From assembly GCF_001194135.2 (NCBI RefSeq), contig NC_068984.1, forward strand, positions 27,986,960 to 28,050,959: a stretch of 64,000 nucleotides of DNA. The letters run 5' to 3'. This document shows, one piece after another, positions 36,979 through 48,869 of the stretch. The position numbers were made by a program, and so were the translations under genes. Numbering within the stretch: position 1 is the first letter of the stretch; each line of letters begins with the position of its first letter. The DNA is from Octopus bimaculoides. Lineage: Eukaryota. The notes below the pieces were generated by a model. The model made no database searches. It saw only the letters and a program-made list of their open reading frames with translations, and was not told the origin of the DNA.

Positions 36979-38701
36979 AGTAGGTAGGTAGAATTTGAGG
37001 AAACTGTTGGTGGTCTACTTCATCAAAATTTGTATTTAATAGATATGTAATTAGGAGTGGAAAATTCCAACATTTTAGTCATAAGTCCTTCATTAAAGAG
37101 AAAGAATCTCTTTGTGGTACAGGATAGATTAAATAGGAAAGAAATGGTAACAGGATGTTTCAGGGGGTAGGGGTTATTGAGGAGGATGTAATTAGAGAAA
37201 GAGAGATAAGGGATGTGATAGGTCAGAGAAAGTAAGGACATTTGTTTGGGTGAAGTAGGGCGACAGAACAGAAAATTCTTGTTGTAATGAGGTGGTGGTG
37301 GAGGTTAAAGCAGGAAGGAATGGTTGTAAGAAGAAAGAGAGAAAGAAATGGTTGAATAAAAGAACAAAGTAAGCAGGAAAACTTGCAGAAAGACTATCAG
37401 CAAATTGAGGTAGTCCCAACTTAGATCATAAATCATATTCAATCAAAGCTTGACTGGGTTAACCTGGTGCTAAAAAACAACATCATTCGTGAAGAACCAG
37501 CTATGAGTTTCTAAATTAAATTTAAATACATTTAATCAAATTCTTGCTAAGGATATCTTATCATGCCAACAACCAAATCATAATGCTTGCAGAATAACTA
37601 TTTTAACAACAAAGCTTCAATTACAAGGACTATTTTCTTCTTTTACGTTACTCTTTCCTTCTTAAATCTTTCATAAATTTTGCTTCTTACATTTAGTTTT
37701 CCTTTATATTTTATTTCTTTTTTCAGTTGAGATTTCTTTTTGTCAATTATTTATTCTCTTTCTTTCTTTTTTTCTTTCTTTCATCTTGTCTTTTTTTGAC
37801 TATAATCTTTCCTTTTATTGTTTTTATCTTTATACAATAAATATCATATTGGTGATAATTTGTCATCTGCATAATCCACTTGTCGTCTACAAGTGTATTA
37901 ACTTGAAGTCTGTTTTCAAAATGTATCTACTATGAAATTAGTATCTAAAAGTAAAAAAAAAAAAAAGCAAAAAAAAGCACAGAAATAAAACTAGAAAATG
38001 AAATAAAAGGAAACGGAAGTATAGTGACAAAAATGGAAGGCGATTAATTCAAATGTAATTATATTGGCTTGAATAAAATTTCTATTGGAAAATATTGTAA
38101 AGATAAAGCAAACAACAAATATAATATCAATCAAATCAAAGAATGTTTAATTTTTTTTCTTCTCTAACAGATGTCAATGACATTGATGATGATGATGATG
38201 ATGACGATGACAACGATAATGATGATGATGACAGTGATCACGACAATGATAATGATGATGGTGCTATTGGCGGTGGTGCTGGTAGTAACGGCATTGGTGA
38301 TGGTGTAGATTAAACTGATAATATTGATGGTGAAAATATATCAACGAAGATTAAAGTATTAAAGAAAATAATGATGACGATGATGATGATGATGATGATC
38401 ATCATCATCATCATCATGGACATTATGATGGAAGAGGAGGATGACAATGTAAAAGTTGTATGGCAACAGCTGAGAAGATTATTATAGGGTGGCAAAGAGA
38501 CAAAATGTTTAATAATATGACAAAATAGTATGCCATAAACATTCGGATTATGATATTCTATCAATTCTTTTACAACACACTGTATCTCATTGCATATAGA
38601 CACTTTCATGTATAAGCAAATCAGTTGCTTGAAAGACGATGCAAAGAGAACTACTTCTTCTTAAATTGACAATTAGTTTATAATTAGTCCACATTACTCC
38701 A

Positions 38702-38930
38702 TAAGGAGCATAGGGCTGGTTTCTCAGTTATTCTGGTGTATATATTTCTCCCTGGATGGGATGACAGTCCATCACAGGATTACGAATTTTTATCAGCTGA
38801 GTGGACTGGAGCAACATGAAAAGAAGTGTTTTTGCTCAAGAATAAAACACATCACTCAGTCTAGGAATCGAAACCATGATTTTATGATTATGAATCCAAC
38901 ACCCTAACAACTAAGCCATGAACCTCCACC
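38702..38930 (-). mobile_element. SINE family D
   Basis: cagctgagtggactggagcaacatgaaaagaagtgtttttgctcaagaa...ggaatcgaaacc...ccctaacaactaagcc. Confidence 0.75.
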
Positions 38931-39038
38931 AATTAGCTCATGGAGTAATATTTTAATGAAAACAGATCTTTATAAAATAGATGAGCAATTGCAATGAAGA
39001 TCAAAATAAGGATCTCGTTTTAAAATATATGCACAGTA

Positions 39039-39279
39039 GGCAAAGGAGTGGCTGTGTGGTAAGTAGCTTGGCCAAGTGTCTGTGTTTGTCTCCCTAGCAT
39101 TTCTTGACAACTGATGCTGGTGTGTTAATGCCCCTGTAACCTAGCAGTTTGGCAAAAGAGACCGATAGAATAAGTACTAAGCTTACAAAAAATAAGTCCA
39201 GGATCGATTTGCTTGACTAAATGCAGTGCTCCAGCATGGCTACAGTCAAATGACTGAAACAAGTAAAAGAGTAAAAGAG
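39039..39279 (+). mobile_element. SINE family C with internal deletions
   Basis: Head ggcaaaggagtggctgtgtggtaagtagcttg joined almost directly to the 3' body; ends aagtaaaagagtaaaagag. Confidence 0.85.
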
Positions 39280-39601
39280 AAGCTTTTGATATTGAGTGGC
39301 CTTTCGTATCACTAGCTTTGGTAGATAAACTAGTGAAAAACAAAAGTTCTCTGTAATTTACATTTATAAATGTTCACATATAATTTTGAAGAAAAGTTTT
39401 ACAATTACATTAATTTTTGAGAATTTTCTCTTTCAATTTCGATTTTGCCCACTATATATTGTGCATGTCTCTATTAAGATTTGAAATTATTATTGCAATG
39501 ATTTAACCCCCAAATAGCTTTATAAGTTTTTTTTTTTTTTCAGAATACTATTCAAATATACATTGAATGTAATTATCACAACCTCAATCTCTCTCTCTCT
39601 C

Positions 39602-39624
39602 TATTTATCTACTTACCTACCTAT

Positions 39625-39677
<53 letters not shown>

Positions 39678-39720
39678 CATCTATCTATCTATCTACCTAT
39701 CTATCTGCCTGTCTGTCTGT
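39602..39720. repeat. (TCTA)n microsatellite, imperfect
   Basis: Read directly. Confidence 0.95.
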
Positions 39721-39933
39721 CTTCTTCTATACATGTTAATTTATCTATTTCTATACAAAATACATATTCATACCATAAGAGTTATTGCTTAAATCTATAC
39801 ACATTAAATCTATAAACATAAAACTACCTCACAAATTGAAATTCTCTGAGCATGTTCTTTTTCTCATAAAACAACATCCCATCCTATTCTTCATTTCTTT
39901 TGGTAAAATTCAAATATCAAACCCAAAGCATTC

Positions 39934-40081
39934 AGTAGCTTGCTTACCAACCACATGGTTCCGGGTTCAGTACCACTGTGTGGCACCTTGGGCAAGTGTC
40001 TTCTACTATAGCCTCGGGCCGACCAAAGCCTTGTGAGTGGATTTGGTAGACGGAAACTGAAAGAAGCCTGTCGTATATATG

Positions 40082-40120
<39 letters not shown>

Positions 40121-40167
40121 GTGTGTGTGTGTCTTTGTGTGCCTGTGTTTGTCCCCTCACCATCGCT
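39934..40167 (+). mobile_element. SINE family C 5' half, runs into an N gap
   Basis: agtagcttgcttaccaaccacatggttccgggttcagtacc...gaaagaagcctgtcg, then (TA)n. Confidence 0.88.
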
Positions 40168-40177
40168 NNNNNNNNNN

Positions 40178-40226
<49 letters not shown>

Positions 40227-40791
40227 CTTTATAATTCAATATTAATTATCTTTAGCAAATGCAGAAATTCTCCTTTAAAGCATCTACAACTAGATTCCCT
40301 CTTTTTGGATAGTATTATATTTCATATGATATTTCTAATGGTACAGTTTAGTATTTTTAATTGTAGACTTAGATCAGTTTTCAAATTGGAAAACTAATGC
40401 ATCTTGATCTGTAGCTACTTTGAATTTTTGTGCCGATAGGTAATATCAGATTTTTACAACTCTATTTACTATTGCAAGGGTATTATTATTCACTTTATAT
40501 GATCTATGTGAACAGAACAAATTGGTTGGCTACTTTGCATATTAAGACTGACCAATTGATGATACAGTCACATCTGTTTTATGTTCAGGTAATGGACCTG
40601 GTGTCTGAACTCATAATGAAGATACTGCAACGATCTCAGTCCTTTTTGTAATTGCATCAAGTATTTGGTGAATAATAGAAAACATTGATATTGTTTAACT
40701 TCAAACAAAAGTGCCGCAATTTTAGCAAAATTTTCTTCATTTTATATAATATACAATTAATCCTATTAAGTGCTCAAATTTTCAAGAATTC

Positions 40792-40987
40792 GTGCGGGTG
40801 ACACGTAAAAGCACCCACTACACTCTCTGAGTGGTTGGCGTTAGGAAGGGCATCCAGCTGTAGAAACTCTGCCAAATTAGATTGGAGCCTGGTGTAGCCA
40901 TCCGGTTGCACCAGTCCTCAGTCAAATCGTCCAACCCATGCTAGCATGGAAAGCGGACGTTAAACGATGATGATGATGATGATGATG
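40792..40987 (+). mobile_element. SINE family A, 5'-truncated, well conserved
   Basis: One internal unit plus the full 3' region and (GAT)n tail. Confidence 0.9.
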
Positions 40988-41009
40988 AAACACAAATAGG
41001 GGCTGCACT

Positions 41010-41490
41010 ATTGTCACAATCTGACAGTGTCTTGCTTTCTCTAAAAATATAGCCTAGAAACAACAAATCAGTTACAGTGACTTTATATTTTTTTGCATTT
41101 CATTGAGAGATCAATGTCTTAGCCATGTATAAGAAGGCATGCAAATTTTCAACTTGGATGATTCTATTTTTGCAATATATCACAGAGCATCAGAATAACG
41201 AACTACTCCATTTAAGTCTTTGATAATGTCTCTCATTGCTCCTGATAAACATTGCCTATCTGAGAGACATTCACATAAAATGTCATGATTCATTATTTGC
41301 ATCAAAGCTATTAAATGTTACTCTGGGATGACTAAGGAAATTGATAGTATGTAAAACAAGCTCAACTGTGGGGAATTGAGAATTTCTATGAATTCAGCTT
41401 CATGATTCACTAATGAGTGGATGAGAAATGCATTTAGCTTTGTGTATCTGCAGAGTCCATCACTTTTGTTGACTACAGTTTGAGGATATT
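41010..41490 (-). mobile_element. Decayed Ty3/Gypsy reverse transcriptase fragment
   Basis: Colinear minus-strand remnants TVVNKSDG...YTKLN, AMRDIIKDLNGVVRYSDA (YxDD region) and KCK...VTDLLFLGYIF (KC.F...EV.FLGH motif), with frameshifts and stops. Confidence 0.5.
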
Positions 41491-42231
41491 ATAGTAAAAA
41501 TAAAAATATATAATTATTTCTTAAAACTGAAGATCCTTAATTTCAAATTTAATAAACTTACATTGCCAAAAGAAAAATTCAAACTGGAGCAATATAAAGG
41601 CATTACTTCCACAAAAATTCCTGAGCATATTCTAAGTTTTGAAGATTTTCTAAACATGTTATTATCTTTCAGATTAACTCATGTAATGGATGCAGTTGAA
41701 AGAAAGAGTTTACTTTTAAAATCAAATATGAATTTTATCGCATTGTGATAAAGCAGTATTTCATACAGTAGCAAACTAAGAGAATAAGCCCTACAGTGTG
41801 AACAACAAATGGAAGTATTCCTAAGGTGACAGAATCACATATTCAAGACAACAAAATTTCTGGTAGCCATTTTTTTTTTAGTATTACAAATCATACAAAT
41901 CATTTTTCCAGTTATATGGAGTTTCATTCCATGAATAAATTATGCTTTATGAGATAATTTGGAGTATAGTTTAATATCAAGCTTTTTTATATCTTCCTGA
42001 AACAAAGACAGTTCAGTTCAAGATACTATCAATAAACTACAATTGACTGTGTTCATTTACTGTCGCAAAAAGGAATGCCCACTTAGGGTTTTAGCAGGTA
42101 TTGTTGGTCTTTGATACACCTTAGCAAATGGTTTCTAACATATCAATGCAAAATATCAGTTATTTTACATTTAAGACATTGTTTATCAAAAACCGAGTGT
42201 TTCCTACAACCATGTAAAAACGGTAAAGCCC

Positions 42232-42535
42232 CCCCCCCCCTTCAGTCATGAATGACCATGGGATTGCACCTACAAAGTTCCCCTCCAAGGCACAAGTCCA
42301 AGCAAATTTGTTTTTGTGGAAGGCTAGCAGATATTATCCAAGGGAAAAGCAAAGGCTGATACAGCTTGGCACCAGTGACATTGCAACTCATTTCTACAGC
42401 TGAGAGAACTGGAGTAATGTGAGCTAAAGTGTCTTGCTCAAGAACACAACACACAACCAGGTACAGGAATCAAATTCACTACCCCATGATTGTGAGCTCA
42501 ACACTCTAACCACTAAGTCATGTACCTTCACACAA
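42232..42535 (-). mobile_element. SINE family D
   Basis: Minus strand gtgaaggtacatgacttagtggttagagtgttg...ttcttgagcaagacacttt...cagctgtagaaatgag...catgactgaagggggg. Confidence 0.8.
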
Positions 42536-45348
42536 AATGTAAGGGCTACCAAAAACAAGTCCCTGCTATAGAACATAGGGCTGAGAGCATTTATAGTTGT
42601 GTCTTCCATGACACTAATAGTGGATCCTTCCACCAGAACTGATGAAATACCATCCTGCAAAGTAAAGGTTTACTCAAATTTATCAAACAAAACAATGCTA
42701 CAGCAAACTGAGTTTTCATTAGTTTTCTTGTTTGGTTATTGATAGAAACAACAGCCTCTTTCAAATATGATATCAGGAACTTACAATATTTTGATATTCA
42801 TCAGAGACAACTGACAAAGTTATCAATAGGTTGTGTAAACAGTTGTTTCAATGTATATTGTCTTATTCATTCACTGAATATGGTTTTGTTCCCAATAACC
42901 TTTGATGAGATAGAACGATGTTTTTCTCTTGCATAGTAATGCTGTCTTCAGTTATCTGCTAGTGTAATTTCAACCCATACTTTTAAATTGTAGTAATATG
43001 CTGCTGTATCTCCCAGCTTTAATACAAATAAATCCAATTTATCATTTGGCTTCATCAATCTAAGATATCTTTGAAACTAAATAATAGATTTACCAAAGGC
43101 CTTTGCAGAATTATGCTTTAACACAAAAGGTTTGATGCTTAATAATGACACAGTTGATTATAGTTGTTTCTAAAGTATGGAAAGTGTTGTAATTTGTAAT
43201 TTTAAGGAGTCAATATCCACCCATAGGCATATATCACACTTCAGAAGTTGTTCGCTAATGGAGTAGTTTATCTGTCTTTTTCATATAAATGGAAAACTTC
43301 ACAATAAGCAAGTACGCATGAACACGGATCTTGTAAGCTCACATAATAATTCTGCTGTTAGTAATTAACATAACACTATAAGACAGTTATAGACTATCCA
43401 AGACTACAATTTTTATGTCATTATATTTCTTTCAACCAATTTATCTTTATCTTCCACAATCTTTTATTTTGAAGCAAAAACAACAAAGTTTAAATAACTG
43501 ACATATTATAGATATATATATGTATACCACAATTAGATTTTAGCTTATTTTGGTACATTCATATACATCTACTAAATCTTTTTGGTTTTTCTCAGAGAAA
43601 CAAAGAGTACATTACACTGCTGAATTTTCTGTATGATTTCCAATGTTATTCATTTTTATTAATATTTATTTATAAGTAGAGCAAACAAACAATAAAATAA
43701 ACTAAAACAAAAATAACGAAAGAACAAAAATTGGAGGCATAATATCATAGATTCAATTGTGTCTAATTGTCTTCAGTAAAGCTGTAAATGAAGCAATTAT
43801 TGACAGAAATAGTTATCTGAATATTTATTAATACATAACTCCCTATTCTGCTAAGCTGCTAAAATTCTAACAATTTTCATGGCTGATCACTAATTCACTC
43901 TAACAGTAATCAAGTTATTCAATTTAGTCAGCAGCCTGTCAGAAAAGTCTAGAATTTGTGAATATTAACAGTTCAAACATTATATATTTATGTTACTCTT
44001 GCTCTTATTGGAGAGAACTTTGGGGCAAAATCAAGAATTCTTTGATGCTCTGCAAATTAGAACAGTGACACATTGCAATGCTGTTACAAATATTATTGCT
44101 TATATATGCAATACTCAGTGCATTTCTCCTCTAATTAAGTGAAAAGTAATTAAAAGTTGTTAATCTCAATGAATAATTTCATCTATTTGCTGTTATTCAT
44201 AAATCTGATATGATAAAATATATATGAATGTGTATGTTTGTGTTAGTGTGTGTGTGTGTGTATATGTGTGAGTGTGTGTGCATATGTTTGTGTGTGTGTG
44301 TGTGTGTTTGCATGAGTGCACATATTTGTGCATGCCTGTACATGTCTATGTATGCATGTATGCATGTCTGTGTGCATTAACATGTGCGAATATTAGTGCT
44401 TTTGTTTATAAATGTATCTTTGCAAACAGCATAAAGTAGTTGAGAATGCCTGGAGATTTTATTCAATATTACTATTAACAATATTATCCTTTGATTGAAA
44501 ACTGTGTCTTTGGATTCCTGCTGATAAAATGGTAATTGTTAAACCAGATAGATCATCTACATAATTGAAACCAGAGGAACCAACTATTTATGTTGACAAA
44601 TATGGTCAAAATAGCAATAAGGATATGAAGGCAGGAAAAGTAGCTGAACATTCCGGAATAGCTACAGGGCTGTAAAAGATACCAGGTGATGTAGGACATG
44701 CACTGGACACTCAGTCAGGTAATACAGGGAGTATTTATACCAAATGACCAAGCATAGGAATACGATCATCATTAATTGCTAATAGAGTAATAATTTTTCA
44801 AGAAAGATGCTGCTACAAAGGCCTAAAATTGATGGTTTAGTGTACGAAGAGTTATAGCACAACTGATTAGGAATGTAATTTGTGAAGATGTGATGAAGTA
44901 AATCTGTGCTTGAATGGAGTACTACTGATATATTGTGGGAAACTATAGAGGAATTCTGGGAGTGAAAAGATATTTCCAAAAGTCATGGGTGCTATGTTGT
45001 TTTTTGAATTTGGTGTCAACATTTTTGTCGTGCGAAACTGCTACCTGTTTGTTCACTGACAAAAAATTTCTGCTGAATCTGAAAATTCTCAAAACTATTG
45101 TGATGTATATATTGCTTGGGATGTTTCTTTTGTTGTTGTTTTTGTTTTTGTTGCTATAGGTAAATTGTCCTGGTTGGGTGCCCATAGCTGGTCAATAATT
45201 ATTGATTTGTGGTATCAGCTGTCTTCCATGTATTCCCTTATTCCTCGTCTCTTCATTATCTCTTCCCTTGGGCCCCATTTTTTAAAGAATACAAAATGTG
45301 TTGGAGGACTGAAGGTTTCAAGGGGTGACCCACTGGACAGAGCAAGTT

Positions 45349-45515
<167 letters not shown>

Positions 45516-45776
45516 TATTGTTGTAATAGTAGCGGAGATGGTGGCAGTTGTTGTAGTTGTGGTAGTGGCAGGAGTGGTAGTAGAAGTAATTGCTATGGCA
45601 AGTAGGCAGTAGATGTAGCATTGGTAATAATACATTTCTCATGATACCAGAAGGCAAATTGGAAAAGGTGTTGCCCTGGAGGATAGCAAGGGAAACAATG
45701 CCAGTATTTATGCTGATATTGACAACAATAGAGCTGGCAAAGACAATAATAACATTACTAAAACATTAAGAATATG

Positions 45777-45814
<38 letters not shown>

Positions 45815-45817
<3 letters not shown>

Positions 45818-46101
45818 TATTCTTTTATTCTTTTACTTGTTTCAGTCATTTGACTACAACCATGCTGGAGCACTNNNNNNNNNNTCTTTTACTTGTTTCA
45901 GTCATTTGACTACAACCATGCTGGAGCACTGCCTTTAGTTGAGCAAATCGACCCCCAGGACTTATTCTTTGTAAGCCTAGTAGTTATTCTATCAGCCTCT
46001 TTTCCTGAACTGCTAAGTTACAGGGAAGTAAACACACCAGCATTGGTTGTCAAGCGATGTTCGGAGGACAAACACAGACACACAAGCATATACACACACA
46101 C

Positions 46102-46132
<31 letters not shown>

Positions 46133-46230
46133 NNNNNNNNNNAGACACTTGCCCAAGGTGCCATGCAGTGGGACTGAACCTGGAACCATGTGGTTGGTAA
46201 GCAAGCTACTTACCACACATTCACTCCTGT
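45815..46230 (-). mobile_element. SINE family C, two small N gaps
   Basis: Same tail, body and head as 32152-32595. Confidence 0.88.
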
Positions 46231-46233
46231 GCC

Positions 46234-46330
46234 TAGACAGATAGACATCATCATCATCATCGTTTAACATGCTAGCATGGAAAGCGGACGTTAAACGATG
46301 ATGATGACGATGATGATGTCCATCTGTCTA
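46234..46330. repeat. Fold-back inverted duplication containing family A SINE tails
   Basis: Left arm 46234-46268, right arm 46290-46330 is its reverse complement (one mismatch, two extra trinucleotide units). Confidence 0.85.
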
Positions 46331-46873
46331 TCTATCTATCAGTCTGTCTGTCTATCTATCTCTATATAAACGAGTGTGTATGTGTGAATATATACAATAT
46401 ATATGCTTATGTATGCATTTGCATACAAACATATGTGTGTGTGTCTATGTGTATATTTTTATATTTATGTCAATACATATATATATATGCTGACACATAT
46501 TCATAAGAATGAAAAATAATGCAATTTCTTGTAATATTAGTGTTTCCTTGTTAATGCACCTGTGTTGTAGATTCTTCATTACACTTTGAAGACATACTTT
46601 CATATAGAAACAAAGATGTAAAATGAAATAATTTGAGAAGTAATCTTTAATTCTACTTCTGTTCTGGGAAATATTTTCTAAATGTATTAAATATCAAATA
46701 GATATCTTATTAATGTAAACAAAATAAAACCAACTGCAAAAAAAAATACTATGTTTATATAAATTCCAAATAATAATAAAAATAATAATAATATTAGTAA
46801 TAATAATAATAATAGCAATAATAATAACACCACCACCACCACCACCACAATAACTACCACCACCACCACCACC

Positions 46874-46950
<77 letters not shown>

Positions 46951-47345
46951 CTGCTACAATAGCAATAACAGTATACATAATAATGATAATGATGATGATG
47001 ATGATGAGGATGATGATGATAATAATGATGATGATGATATGTTTAGACAACAGTTACATTGTTTCAATTAAATTTTGTCTTTATACTTAGTTTATTTTAT
47101 TTGGAAATCATGCATACACTCAAAGAATGTTGGATTTTTTTACCCCCATCTCCTCCATAATCAATTACAATTTTATTGTTATGGTCTCTTTTGCTGGTGG
47201 AATGTGTATGTGTCCGCATCTTTTGTGTGTTTTTTTATGCTTTCCCTATGTTCCATCATCATCTTTCTGCGCAAAATTTTACTATAGTTTACACATCCTT
47301 TTTCTGTTCCCACTCTCAGTAACACCTTAGATATCAAGCAATATC

Positions 47346-47556
47346 TGGTGGTGGGCTGGCAGAATTGTTAGCATGCCGGGCAAAATGCTTGGTAACATTT
47401 CATCTGTCTTTATGTTCTGAGTTCAAATTCTGCTAAGGTCGACTTTGCCTTTCATCCTTTCAGGGTTGATAAAAAAAAAATACCAGTTGAGTACAGGGGA
47501 GGAACTGATCTAATTAACTCTCCAAAAACTGCTGGCCTTGTGCCAAAATCTGAAAT
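47346..47556 (+). mobile_element. SINE family B
   Basis: gggctggcagaattgttagcatgccgggcaaaatgc...gtcgactttgcctttcatcctttcagggttgataa...ctggccttgtgccaaaatctgaaa. Confidence 0.8.
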
Positions 47557-48051
47557 CAATATTTGATACAACATCCTCTTTCTATCTATCTGTCTGTATT
47601 TTCTACTCATTTTACTTCTCATTTGCTTTTTCTGTCTCCCCTTCTCACCTTATTGTGCCTCCATCATTCTCCTTTCTTGTTTTGCACAACACTCCTGTAT
47701 TCCCTTTTACACCTTTATTCCCTCCTCCATCTGTGTTTCCTTCTATCTTTCCATTTGCTTCTTATCTCACTTTATTTACCTTTCATTTCTTCTTCTGTCT
47801 ATCTTTGTCAACTATTCACAATCCATTCTTTTTCCTTTCCCACTCCACATTCCCTCTTTCTTCAAATTTGTTCTTCTCCAACCTTCTCTTGTTTCATTTC
47901 CTTTTTCTGTATCAGGTGACCACCTTGTTTCTTTAATTCTCTGCCTGACCACTGACCTGGTCAGTTTAACTTTTTCAGCTCCTTACTACTGCATTTACCT
48001 CAGCCCCTGGTTTATCGTTTTACTTCTCTTCTCAACTCCAAAAGGACCACA

Positions 48052-48157
48052 TGAATTATTTTCATACATGTCTTAACTTATTTCTGTCTTGCAGCTGTGT
48101 AAGGCATTCTATATATAATATAATATAATATAATATAATATAATATAATATATAATA
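48052..48157. repeat. (ATATA)n pentanucleotide repeat
   Basis: Read directly from about 48110 onward, with an AT-rich lead-in. Confidence 0.7.
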
Positions 48158-48384
48158 CTAGCTGGGCCTGTGCTGTCAAAAATTATGGCTAATTCTAGTA
48201 TTTTATGTATAAATAAGGTTCAAACCCAATTTGTTAGTTTAATAATTTTTTATTATCAAATTTATAATATATCTTTCAACTGCAATCGTTTTATATTCAT
48301 GATACACTCAGGCAATAATAATTTTCTCTAATGAGTTTATATATGTATATGTTTGTGTAGGTGTGTGTGATTGGTTACAATTTA

Positions 48385-48869
48385 ATAGTAATCGCCAAGC
48401 TAACATGGCAGTCCAGGAAAATAGGATGAATGCTGCCATTGATTAGCTCCAAGAGCAATCGCCTCCAGCTAGCTATGTGACACACAAACCTGTGTCCATT
48501 ACAACCTTCCAACAGGGGAGGTCAGCAGCTTCTCCTTGCTGGTTCAACAGCCACAGACTTTTTCAGGGTGATTGCTCCTTCTCAATGTGGAGTAGATGAA
48601 CCCAGCAGGTGTCACTGCTGACTGTCTGTTTGAAGGTTTATTTACCTATATTCAGTGGAACACATCCAGGGGAAGCTGGACCTCCCCTGTTCAAAGGTTG
48701 TAATGGACGCAGATTTCTATTGTAATAATTATTACAATATAAATATTAATATTTCTAAATCTCTCTAAAGGAGACTATGGCAGCAGTACTGGATATTAAT
48801 AGTTATGATCAAGCTAACATGGCAGTCCAGGAAAATAGGACAAATGCTGCCGTTGATTTGCTCCAAGAG
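48385..48869. mobile_element. Unclassified repeat with a 30 bp internal inverted repeat and a 60 bp direct repeat
   Basis: Inverted repeat 48494-48523 / 48679-48708 (28/30); direct repeat 48396-48455 / 48810-48869 (56/60). Confidence 0.6.

Noticed and set aside
37000-37420. Purine-skewed tracts (also 13950-14300 and 47570-47935)
   Set aside because: Probably very old LINE debris or low-complexity DNA; no motif strong enough to call.
42540-42654. Strong minus-strand acceptor (cctttactttgcAG) with frame DGISSVLVEGSTISVMEDTTINALSPMFYSRD
   Set aside because: No convincing donor before it runs into a SINE; the other two frames stop.
44490-44840. Plus-strand frame of about 110 codons with three stops
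   Set aside because: No recognisable domain; not clearly beyond chance.
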